Source: a virus
Length of the DNA stretch: 64,000 nucleotides
Direction: 5' to 3' (one strand)
IMG/VR virus record: IMGVR_UViG_3300017782_000002
Location: 32,001 to 96,000 of that record
A program made the translations under genes and the position numbers. This document shows, one piece after another, positions 1 to 7,446 of the stretch. The notes under the pieces are model-generated. The model worked only from the letters and a program-made list of their open reading frames with translations, made no database searches and had not been told where the DNA came from. Position 1 is the stretch's first letter, and every line of letters begins with the position of its first letter.

Positions 1-3
1 ATA

Positions 4-107
4 CCTACTGCATAATACACAGTAGGATTACAAGTTACCCTGCGATGGGAGTAGTGTCTTGTTAACTACAAACGGCTGTCTAGGGAACCACCCCGCTTAG
101 TAGAGAC
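4..107 (-). other. Cluster of tandem stem-loops (putative structured RNA or ssDNA hairpins)
   Basis: Minus strand reads: TGTCT..GGGG-TGGT-TCCC..AGACA; GTAGT..ACTAC; GCAGG-GTAA-CTTGT (GNRA-type loop); CCTACTGTGT-ATT-ATGCAGTAGG (plus 4-26). No long ORF here. Confidence 0.4.
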
Positions 108-230
108 ATCTAGTATTATTAGGAGAAGTCATCATCTTCATTGCCTCCATTAGTAGCATCAACACTGATTAAGTGGCTAGTTAATTGCGTATAAACAGGG
201 CCCATCTACCACAACTAACGCTTTTATTGT

Positions 231-333
231 AAAAAAAAACAACAACTCTCCACTGATACACCACGTGTGTGAGCATACAATGGTCTTAGCACTGTACTCT
301 TGGTATGCAATAAACGCTTCAAGGAGTTGTTGT
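231..333 (-). ncRNA. Structured ~100-nt element ending in a U-tract (small RNA or elaborate terminator)
   Basis: Minus strand ACAACAACTC pairs with GAGTTGTTGT (10 bp) and encloses an inner GCATAC/GTATGC stem. It is followed by a T-tract (plus-strand A-run 231-238) and lies directly downstream of the 339-623 gene. Confidence 0.45.
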
Positions 334-338
334 ATTAT

Positions 339-623
339 TTAATTATATTTATTATCATAAGCATGTACTTCCAACATTCTTTCTTGTACATTCTTACCTG
401 TTAGCTTACCTTCTGAATCACGAACTTGCATCCTGAGAACCCAGTAATCCATCTTAGTGTAAAGTGTAACATACTCAAGATTGATTAGATCAATACGTTC
501 ATTATTCAACATGAAGTCTAGTGTCCATGATACACCATTATCACATTCTTGACAATACACATCTGTATCATCAACTGTTGTGAATGGTGTTTGGTTTATA
601 CCTGTGTTTATAAATGTTAACAT
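339..623 (-). CDS. Hypothetical protein (~94 aa), putative early gene
   Basis: ORF track gives 339..662. The ATG at 623 follows an A-rich Bacteroidota-type leader (CTTAAAAACAATAATC) and is the more likely start. No recognisable motif. Confidence 0.65.
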   Translation of the reverse strand: MLTFINTGINQTPFTTVDDTDVYCQECDNGVSWTLDFMLNNERIDLINLEYVTLYTKMDYWVLRMQVRDSEGKLTGKNVQERMLEVHAYDNKYN

Positions 624-692
624 GATTATTGTTTTTAAGATTGCGGATACATATATGCTCATTCTACATAGAGAGAGTATACTAACTACAGA

Positions 693-909
693 TAAGAGAA
701 TAGAGTGGTAAGACTATCTCTACCATGAGGAACTTATTACAGGCTGATCAGTGCCAGACCTCTACTCCCATCTCTTACTATAGCTATATCCTTTATATAT
801 TGTACTTGTAGTCAGTTGTGGTAAATAATGGTAAAAAGTGGGTATGTATGCCACTCACACAGAGTTTAACACACACACCACTACATTTTTACCAACTAAT
901 CACACAATT
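693..909. other. Non-coding region with two multi-stem inverted-repeat blocks
   Basis: TAAGAGA (693-699)/TCTCTTA (771-777) encloses the TGGTAAGA/TCTACCA hairpin (706-725). TGGTAAAAA (829-837)/TTTTTACCA (886-894) is a perfect 9-bp inverted repeat with further flanking pairing (814-909). Confidence 0.5.
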
Positions 910-947
910 AACTATTATTCACGTAAGTATACTCTGATGATAGTGAA

Positions 948-982
948 TTAAAAGGAAGAAAGGCACATTAGTGCCAATCTTC
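948..982 (-). terminator. Rho-independent terminator
   Basis: Minus strand GAAGATT-GGCAC-TAAT-GTGCC-TTTCTTCCTTTT, just after the stop codon of 995..1360. Confidence 0.7.
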
Positions 983-994
983 ACTCACATTCTA

Positions 995-1360
995 CTAGCA
1001 GTCAAGCTTGCCAAGGTAACGGAACGTTGACTTGTTGCCAGACTTGTACTCTACAGCGTCACCCTTGAGGATGTTGTGCTTTTTAGCACGCATCTTCTCA
1101 AGTTGTTCATCAGTGAACTCATACTTGCCGTTCAATGGAACAATGACCTGGTCTCCTGAATCAACTTGCTTGAAGGAACCATACGTTTGCACGGCTACAC
1201 CTGCAAACTTAGTGGTGATACTACCACTTCTCACAACCTCGTTGTGTTGTTGTACATCTGTTAACTCATCTTGGTCAACTTGTTTGTCAGAAAAGACTAG
1301 CATAGTCTTGCCTGATCTAGGAGAGTTATAAGTCTCCATGAAAAACATTTTTTTAGACAT
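995..1360 (-). CDS. Hypothetical protein (121 aa), putative early gene
   Basis: Clean ORF with A-rich leader TTAATTAAAAAGTAAAAAA-ATG and a downstream terminator. No recognisable motif. Confidence 0.8.
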   Translation of the reverse strand: MSKKMFFMETYNSPRSGKTMLVFSDKQVDQDELTDVQQHNEVVRSGSITTKFAGVAVQTYGSFKQVDSGDQVIVPLNGKYEFTDEQLEKMRAKKHNILKGDAVEYKSGNKSTFRYLGKLDC

Positions 1361-1391
1361 TTTTTTACTTTTTAATTAATACTTCATTTCT

Positions 1392-1520
1392 TTGGGGGGT
1401 GACCCCAGTCCAAGATTTTGTTGGGGAGTCTAAGTGTAGGACCCTTAGAGAACGCCATGCTCACAACATTTTTCCCTACGGACATGGGGGTAGTTGACTC
1501 AGGTGTACCCCGGTGGGGGC
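1392..1520. other. G/C-run-rich strand-switch region (candidate genome-end/packaging site, origin or early promoter region)
   Basis: G-runs at 1394-1399, 1423-1426, 1486-1490 and 1515-1519. Hairpins TGGGG-GGTGA-CCCCA, CTAAG..CTTAG and CCCC-GGT-GGGG. Lies between divergent gene blocks in an AT-rich genome. Confidence 0.45.
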
Positions 1521-1538
1521 TGGTTTGTTAAAGATTAC

Positions 1539-1569
1539 TTGGCTAAGTTTTGTTTTTTCCGTATATTTA
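1539..1569 (+). promoter_or_regulatory. Putative Bacteroidota-type promoter (TTG-N20-TATATTTA)
   Basis: TTG at 1539-1541, 20-nt spacer, TATATTTA at 1562-1569, just upstream of the ATG at 1574. Confidence 0.5.
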
Positions 1570-1573
1570 TAAT

Positions 1574-3619
1574 ATGGGTATAAAGAAATACATGCACGGG
1601 GGTAATCATCATGAGGCAGCTAATTATGGGCTATCTTCAGTGTATGATAAAAATCGTTATTCTAAAAAGGCACAGAGTTATAGAAGATTTAAAAAAGGCG
1701 GTCAGGTTTTAGACGTGTATTCTTCTAAAGGAGAAAAGAAAGGTAAAGGAGTAAATGGCCGTGAGCTTTACAATGGTCCTTATAAAGATATGACATTAAA
1801 AGATTTCTTTGACTTTTCTAATGGTGTATTTAAAACAAATAGTGAAGGTATCTCTTTTGCTAATGATCCAGAATATAAAAATTGGAGAAGTAAAAAACGT
1901 GGTTATTCAGCTGATGAATTATTAAAATATTATATCCATACTCAAGTATACATAGATGGGGCTGACGTTAATCCAATGGATAGGTCAACATGGGAAGGTA
2001 AAAACTTTGGTTCTCCAAGAAGATATAAAGTAAATAAAGAAACTGGAGAACTAGAGTTTAATAGTAAAGGTCAACCTAAATATATGGGACATGATGAAGA
2101 ATTACATCAAACGTATTTAAATAGAAAAAACGCAGGTGATCCTGAAGCTTCTTGGTATCCATCTTCTCAAAGTGAAGCTTTCGGTATGGCAAAAGATCTA
2201 GGTCTAGGCGTTTTCTTTTATGAAGGTAAACCTGTACTAACGCAAACTGAAGAAGAAAGGGTTAAAGAGCAGAAAAAACATGGTATTTACTGGACAACTA
2301 ATAAATCACCTCAGCTTTTAGAATTAATGAAAGAAAATAAAGAGGTAAATTATAGCGACCTTAACCGTGAATCTTTAATCTATCTTGGTACTGATGAAAA
2401 TAAAAATGAAGCTTTACCGTTTTTACAAAATGTAGTACGTAATTTTAATAGTAATGAAGAAGCTTTAGAATTTGTAAATGAATTTGGAACACAAGGTTTA
2501 AAGAAAATAACAGTAAATGGTAAAAATTTCTTATTAGAACATGGACCTAACAGTGATATTGCTGGGCAGTACTATGATGAGAATAGAAAAGATTATCTTG
2601 ATAAACTACAAAAAGAGTTTGATAATCATCCAAAAACAAAAGCACTTAATAAAAGACTTAATGATATTAACAATGCTAAAGAAAATTATGGTATAGATGC
2701 AATCAGTGGTGCAGGTTTTGAAGGTTGGAGCCCAGAACAATTTTTCTCTGAGTATGATCATTCTCAATATAAATCTAATTTTGTACCTATAACTAAAGAA
2801 AACAGCAAACACGCTTTACTTAGTTATGCTGAAAAATTTCATGCAAACAGTACACGATTGGGTTATGATCTACCAGCCCGTATAGAAGGACCTGGTAAAT
2901 ATGGTTATAAGGTAAACGGTGAATATGTTGAGAATCCTAATGTTACTCATACTGAAAGTGGCCCTACAGGTATGCGTTCTGTTATGGGAGATATTGCACT
3001 GTTTTTTGCATTAGGAGGTCCTAGATTTGTAGGTAGTGGTATAACTAAAACTATTGGTCATTGGGGTAAAAATAGTTTAAGTAAATCAGCATGGTATGGA
3101 GCTAAACCTTTAGCAAATACAATATTTCAACCTCTAAAAGGCGCTGGTGATTATTATAAAAGATCAGCATTTAATAAATTTGTAGGTAGTCCTGCACTTC
3201 CAGGAACATTTGGTCTTGCTAATGTAAACAATGCAGCTAATGCTACTTTTGCAGCTATGGCAGGAGATCAAGCTATAACTGATTTTAGTGAAGGAAACTA
3301 TGGTATGGGTGCTCTAAATCTTGGATTTGCTGGACTTAATGCATATAACCCTTATAGAAAATTTCAAACTAATGCAAAATTGTTTAGTACAAAAAATGTA
3401 ATAGCACCAGCAAACTATGACCTTAAAGGATTAAAATCATTTGTAAATAATCAATTACCAGCACTTTCTTTAAAACAAGGTGTTAATAATATAGCAGGTA
3501 GTAATATATTCAACCCAGTATCTACACAATTAGGAGCTCAAAAATATATGAATAACATGATTAATTCAAATAAATTTACTCCTAATAATTCAGCATATGG
3601 AAAATTTATACTTCAATAA
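1574..3619 (+). CDS. Putative virion cargo/ejection protein (~681 aa)
   Basis: ATG at 1574 preferred over the TTG at 1550. The N-terminus carries YMHGG and FKKGG motifs shared with the cargo proteins. The C-terminal third is Gly/Ala-rich with hydrophobic segments (VMGDIALFFALGG; GNYGMGALNLGFAGL). Confidence 0.55.
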   Translation: MGIKKYMHGGNHHEAANYGLSSVYDKNRYSKKAQSYRRFKKGGQVLDVYSSKGEKKGKGVNGRELYNGPYKDMTLKDFFDFSNGVFKTNSEGISFANDPEYKNWRSKKRGYSADELLKYYIHTQVYIDGADVNPMDRSTWEGKNFGSPRRYKVNKETGELEFNSKGQPKYMGHDEELHQTYLNRKNAGDPEASWYPSSQSEAFGMAKDLGLGVFFYEGKPVLTQTEEERVKEQKKHGIYWTTNKSPQLLELMKENKEVNYSDLNRESLIYLGTDENKNEALPFLQNVVRNFNSNEEALEFVNEFGTQGLKKITVNGKNFLLEHGPNSDIAGQYYDENRKDYLDKLQKEFDNHPKTKALNKRLNDINNAKENYGIDAISGAGFEGWSPEQFFSEYDHSQYKSNFVPITKENSKHALLSYAEKFHANSTRLGYDLPARIEGPGKYGYKVNGEYVENPNVTHTESGPTGMRSVMGDIALFFALGGPRFVGSGITKTIGHWGKNSLSKSAWYGAKPLANTIFQPLKGAGDYYKRSAFNKFVGSPALPGTFGLANVNNAANATFAAMAGDQAITDFSEGNYGMGALNLGFAGLNAYNPYRKFQTNAKLFSTKNVIAPANYDLKGLKSFVNNQLPALSLKQGVNNIAGSNIFNPVSTQLGAQKYMNNMINSNKFTPNNSAYGKFILQ

Positions 3620-3644
3620 TTAGGAACTTATTAATAAAAGTTTA

Positions 3645-3652
3645 TAACTTTG
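3645..3652 (+). promoter_or_regulatory. Bacteroidota sigma-A -7 element TAACTTTG
   Basis: Exact match to TAnnTTTG, 17 nt upstream of the ATG at 3670. Confidence 0.65.
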
Positions 3653-3669
3653 CAACTAAAAAGTAATAC

Positions 3670-4059
3670 ATGGACAATACTGATCCTCTAGATGGTTATG
3701 ATGATTTAAATGAAAGTGAACAGTACATCTTAGAACAAGAGTTACTGAATAGAGCTTTTACTAACTCTTTTAACCTTATAACTAAAAGGAAAAAAATGAA
3801 AGATATAGTTGAAGAGTCAGGTGGATTACTTTTATCACATGACCCTTTTTCTGATTTATTTCCTAATGATTTAATAAACATGTTAGATTTTTTTATAGAA
3901 GAGGAAGATTATGAAAAATGTGCAGAAGTTAGAGATTATATTAATGATTTAAAGCGTAAACATGCTAGAAAACAGAAAGAAGACACCACCAAAGAACTCA
4001 GTGAAGTTCTCAATAACATTATCAGAGGAGCAAAAAGCCGCAAAAAAAGAAATTCTTAG
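3670..4059 (+). CDS. Small protein with UvrB/UvrC (UVR) coiled-coil motif
   Basis: FFIEEEDYEKCAEVRDYI matches the E.E.YE.AA..RD.I UVR motif. Confidence 0.7.
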   Translation: MDNTDPLDGYDDLNESEQYILEQELLNRAFTNSFNLITKRKKMKDIVEESGGLLLSHDPFSDLFPNDLINMLDFFIEEEDYEKCAEVRDYINDLKRKHARKQKEDTTKELSEVLNNIIRGAKSRKKRNS

Positions 4060-4621
4060 TCACCCATTTAATTTTTTAGTTGGAAAAGCAGGTAGTGGTA
4101 AAACATTACTAGCTGTACAAGTTGCTCTTGATCAATTTTTTAAGCGTCAATACAATAAAATTATAATAACTAGACCTACTGTTTCTACGGAAGATAACGG
4201 TTTTTTACCTGGTTCAGAAAAAGAAAAATTAGAACCCTGGTTAGTTCCTATTAAGTCTAACATGAGAAAAGTATATAACAAACCTGAAAAACTTGAAAAA
4301 ATGGAAGATCAGGAAGAGATAGAATTAGTATCTCTAGCTCATTTTAGAGGCCGTACGTTTGATGACAGCATAATAATCATAGATGAGTTCCAAAACCTTA
4401 CTAAATCTCAATTCAGCATGGCTTTAGGTAGGTTAGGTAAAGGATCAATGATGATATTTTGTGGAGATTATCAACAAATAGATATTAAAGATGAAAATTA
4501 TTCAGCTATACATGAAGTTGCTAAAATAAAAGATTCTGACTACGTATACAAGTGTGTATTACAAGATAATCATAGACATAGAGCTATAGGTGACGTTTTA
4601 AAGTTACTAACTGGTTATTAA
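3962..4621 (+). CDS. phoH: PhoH-family ATPase
   Basis: Walker A GKAGSGKT plus ITRPTV, GFLPG, RGRTF, IIIDEFQN and GDYQQID, the full set of PhoH motifs. Confidence 0.95.
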   Translation: MLENRKKTPPKNSVKFSITLSEEQKAAKKEILSHPFNFLVGKAGSGKTLLAVQVALDQFFKRQYNKIIITRPTVSTEDNGFLPGSEKEKLEPWLVPIKSNMRKVYNKPEKLEKMEDQEEIELVSLAHFRGRTFDDSIIIIDEFQNLTKSQFSMALGRLGKGSMMIFCGDYQQIDIKDENYSAIHEVAKIKDSDYVYKCVLQDNHRHRAIGDVLKLLTGY

Positions 4622-4630
4622 TAAATATTT

Positions 4631-4671
4631 AGTTTAAACCTTTTATATTTAAACTTATTTTATTATCTTTG
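4631..4671 (+). promoter_or_regulatory. Promoter TATCTTTG with an upstream 8-bp inverted repeat (operator-like)
   Basis: AGTTTAAA (4631-4638)-N9-TTTAAACT (4648-4655); TATCTTTG at 4664-4671; ATG at 4702. Confidence 0.6.
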
Positions 4672-4701
4672 TACTATATTAATTAATAAAACCAAAGTAA
4701 A

Positions 4702-5082
4702 ATGGCAAAAAAATCTGAAAAGTCTGCTGAAGAATTAGCAGCTGAAGCATCAAAACTTGAGATGCAAGCAAAAAGAGATGAAATTACTGCATACTACAAA
4801 GATAGTATTAAACATCTTAAAGTTCAACAAGAATATGAAGCTCTATTGAAAGACATAGAAACTTCAAGAGCAGAAAGAATTCAAGCTCAAACATTTATAG
4901 CTAATGCAATGGCTCAACAACAAGCAGCACAACAAGCTCCTGCTCCTAATCCTGCTCCTACAGCAGATGCTGGATCTGGTAATGCTGTAGCTGGTACAGA
5001 CTGGGAAGCTTCTAGTGATAAAGCACCTCCAGCTGTAGATCCTGCTTTTGCAAACGCTGCAAGAAAGTTGAAAACCACTTAA
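4702..5082 (+). CDS. Hypothetical protein, coiled-coil N-terminus and Ala/Pro/Gln-rich C-terminus
   Basis: Clean ORF with A-rich leader; low-complexity QQQAAQQAPAPNPAP tail. Confidence 0.8.
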   Translation: MAKKSEKSAEELAAEASKLEMQAKRDEITAYYKDSIKHLKVQQEYEALLKDIETSRAERIQAQTFIANAMAQQQAAQQAPAPNPAPTADAGSGNAVAGTDWEASSDKAPPAVDPAFANAARKLKTT

Positions 5083-5096
5083 TAAATAGCAGTGAA

Positions 5097-5143
5097 CCCC
5101 TGGTGTTGAATCCTAATTAGTTGATGTCTTATAGCACCAGGGG
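5097..5143. other. GC-rich intergenic hairpin
   Basis: CCCCTGGTG (5097-5105)/CACCAGGGG (5135-5143) is a perfect 9-bp stem, extendable by G-U pairs. No U-tract follows. Confidence 0.6.
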
Positions 5144-5165
5144 GGATCTCTATAATAGTATTATT

Positions 5166-5516
5166 ATGGCAATAGTAAATAAAGTAGAAAAAAGAGTAAA
5201 AATCAATAGAGACAATGTAATTAAGTTTCAAATTATTACATATTGTTTTATGAATGATATTCAAATAAGTGCTTCTGATTTAAATTGTCTAACTGAACTT
5301 GCTAAAGAAGAATCTATTGATTTAACAAACTTTTGTGAAAATATATCAGGACAACTAATATTTAAAAGTCCTCAGTCTTGTAGAAATGCTATACAAAAAG
5401 CTAAAAGAAAAGATCTTGTAATAAAAGATGGTAAGAAAGTTATGTTAAATCCAACAATGAAAATTCAAACAACAGGAGACATATTTTTAGATTTTAAAAT
5501 ATTAGGTGTAGATTAA
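5166..5516 (+). CDS. Winged-helix DNA-binding protein
   Basis: ATG at 5166 is the likely start (the track's 5121 start falls inside the hairpin). Helix-turn-helix-wing-like pattern FKSPQSCRNAIQKAKRKDLVIKDG. Confidence 0.5.
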   Translation: MAIVNKVEKRVKINRDNVIKFQIITYCFMNDIQISASDLNCLTELAKEESIDLTNFCENISGQLIFKSPQSCRNAIQKAKRKDLVIKDGKKVMLNPTMKIQTTGDIFLDFKILGVD

Positions 5517-5902
5517 TGAATATTGAAACTAAGGATATGCAATTGAGTCCTAAGAATTACAGAGAATTCTTTAAAGAGATTGCGGAAGAATGTGAAGTAC
5601 ATCCAGATTTAGTAGATGAATTAGTTAGATTTTTCTATAATGAAGTAAGAAAGAATATTGAAAGTCTGGATCACACAAGAATAAGATTACCTAATCTTGG
5701 TACTTTTATAACTAGAAAAGGAAGGTTAGATAGAGCAATTAAAAGGCATAAAGATATGTTAGGTAATTTAGAAAAAAGAACATTCAAAGGTTACAACAAG
5801 CATGTACCTATTAAAGAAAAATTAGAACTAATGGAAAAAGCTGCTGATAGAATTAGTCAAGAAATTACAAATAAGAAAAATTGGAAAAATGAACATAGGT
5901 AA
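5516..5902 (+). CDS. HU/IHF-like DNA-binding protein
   Basis: IAEECEVHPDLVDELVRFF..RIRLPNLGTF resembles the HU/IHF fold. Starts at a TAATG overlap. Confidence 0.7.
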   Translation: MNIETKDMQLSPKNYREFFKEIAEECEVHPDLVDELVRFFYNEVRKNIESLDHTRIRLPNLGTFITRKGRLDRAIKRHKDMLGNLEKRTFKGYNKHVPIKEKLELMEKAADRISQEITNKKNWKNEHR

Positions 5903-6233
5903 ATTATTAAATGGAGTAAAAAATATTACTCAAGTATATGAAGGTGTAAAAAATAAAATCTTTAAAAGAGAATATGTAGAACAGATAGCAGATCATAGAT
6001 GGCAGGTGTGTAAAGAGTGTGAACATTTAGATCTTAAAGGTGATCTATGTGCTGCACCTGGTACTCAACCTTGCTGTGCTGATTGTGGTTGTAGTTTAGC
6101 TTTTAAAACAAGATCTCTTGCATCAGCGTGCCCTAAAAGTAAATGGAAAGAATTAATGTCTGACCAAGAAGAAAAAGCTTTGTTTGAGCAATTAGTAGAA
6201 AATGAAAATAAACAAAGAAATAAAAATTTATAA
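5889..6233 (+). CDS. Small Cys-rich zinc-finger-like protein
   Basis: CKEC..C..CCADCGCSLAFKTRSLASACPKSKW pattern. Confidence 0.7.
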   Translation: MNIGKLLNGVKNITQVYEGVKNKIFKREYVEQIADHRWQVCKECEHLDLKGDLCAAPGTQPCCADCGCSLAFKTRSLASACPKSKWKELMSDQEEKALFEQLVENENKQRNKNL

Positions 6234-7060
6234 TGGCAATCATATTTAAAGAAGAAAACCATATCTATGAAAGCATAGATGAAAACTTAGAAAAGGATAA
6301 TATAACCTGGACTAGTGTTACATCTTTTATAGGTCAATTTAAACCTAAGTTTGATGCTAAAAAACAAGCAAAAAAATCTAGTAAAAATAAAAGATCTAAG
6401 TGGTATGGTATGACTCCTAAAGAAATATTAGATGCTTGGGATGCAGAAACACAAAGAGCTATTAAATTAGGTAATTGGTATCATAACCAAAGAGAAGATG
6501 GTTTATTAGAATTTAGTACAATAGAAAGAGAAGGTATAGAAGTACCTATAATAAAACCAATTATTGATGCAAATGGTATTAAGATAGCACCAGAACAAAA
6601 ATTAAAAGATGGGGTTTATCCTGAACATTTTGCTTATTTAAAATCTGCAGCTATATGTGGTCAAGCTGATTTAGTAACTATTGTAAATGGTAAAGTAAAT
6701 ATTACAGATTATAAAACTAATAAAGAAATTAAGGAAAAAGGATTTACTAATTGGGAAGGTATAACATCAAAAATGTACAAACCTGTATCACACTTAGATG
6801 ACTGTAATATCAATCATTATAACTTACAATTGAGTATTTATATGTATATTATATTAAAGCATAACCCTAAACTTAAACCTGGTAAGTTAGTAATACAGCA
6901 TGTATCATTTAAGAAAGAAGGAGAAAATGCTCATGGTTACCCTATTACTAAATATGATGATCAAGGAGAACCTATAATAAATGAAATTAAAATATATGAT
7001 CTACCTTACATGAAAGAAGAAGTTAGATCATTAATAATGTGGCTAAAAGACAAAAAATAA
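6233..7060 (+). CDS. PD-(D/E)XK (RecB/Cas4-like) nuclease
   Basis: GQADLV..ITDYKT catalytic motifs and the HYNLQLSIY helix. Such nucleases are common near the terminase in crAss-like phages. Confidence 0.85.
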   Translation: MAIIFKEENHIYESIDENLEKDNITWTSVTSFIGQFKPKFDAKKQAKKSSKNKRSKWYGMTPKEILDAWDAETQRAIKLGNWYHNQREDGLLEFSTIEREGIEVPIIKPIIDANGIKIAPEQKLKDGVYPEHFAYLKSAAICGQADLVTIVNGKVNITDYKTNKEIKEKGFTNWEGITSKMYKPVSHLDDCNINHYNLQLSIYMYIILKHNPKLKPGKLVIQHVSFKKEGENAHGYPITKYDDQGEPIINEIKIYDLPYMKEEVRSLIMWLKDKK

Positions 7061-7061
7061 T

Positions 7062-7445
7062 ATGGCAAAATTTAAACAATTAGACGTTCTAAAATTAGCA
7101 GATAATGAAGATCCGGATAATGGTACATGTTTTAACTATGACGGAGAAGTAGTAAATATTGGTTCTAATACAGCAGTTCCAGCAGGTACTTCTGATCCTG
7201 CAAGTGCAATGGGTTATTGTACTAATGCTGGTTACCAATGGGAAGGAGATCAAGCTGTTGACTTAAATGATTCTAGACCTACAACTATAGATTTAGAAAA
7301 AATAGCAAGTTATTCTGCTTTTTTAAATCCTGATACTGGTAATGATGATAATACTAAAACTGAAGTAATGATGGAATCAAATCAAAAATATGTAATCAAT
7401 GAAACATTAGAAAACTTTATGAAACTAATGTCTACAGCTGTATAA
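7062..7445 (+). CDS. Hypothetical protein (C-terminus weakly FlbD-like; contains CTNAGYQW motif)
   Basis: Tightly packed ORF. TIDLEKI..TEVMMESNQKYVINETLENF loosely resembles small FlbD-like domains. Confidence 0.6.
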   Translation: MAKFKQLDVLKLADNEDPDNGTCFNYDGEVVNIGSNTAVPAGTSDPASAMGYCTNAGYQWEGDQAVDLNDSRPTTIDLEKIASYSAFLNPDTGNDDNTKTEVMMESNQKYVINETLENFMKLMSTAV

Positions 7446-7446
7446 T

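Noticed and set aside
75-101. GGGGTGGTTCCC resembling a T-box, and plus-strand AGGGAA resembling a cobalamin riboswitch
   Set aside because: The rest of each consensus (T-box stem I and antiterminator context; the B12-box and GCCACTG/GGGAAG elements) is missing.
119-205. 28-aa minus-strand ORF MGPVYTQ..NEDDDFS
   Set aside because: Short, with no A-rich leader, and in a region better explained by RNA structure. The acidic ending is suggestive but insufficient.
1394-1519. G-quadruplex from the four G-runs
   Set aside because: Loops of about 23, 59 and 24 nt are too long for a confident call, and the G-runs can pair with nearby C-runs instead.
6233-7060. Cas4-like nuclease as a sign of a CRISPR system
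   Set aside because: No array or other cas genes are present; stand-alone PD-(D/E)XK nucleases are routine in these phages.
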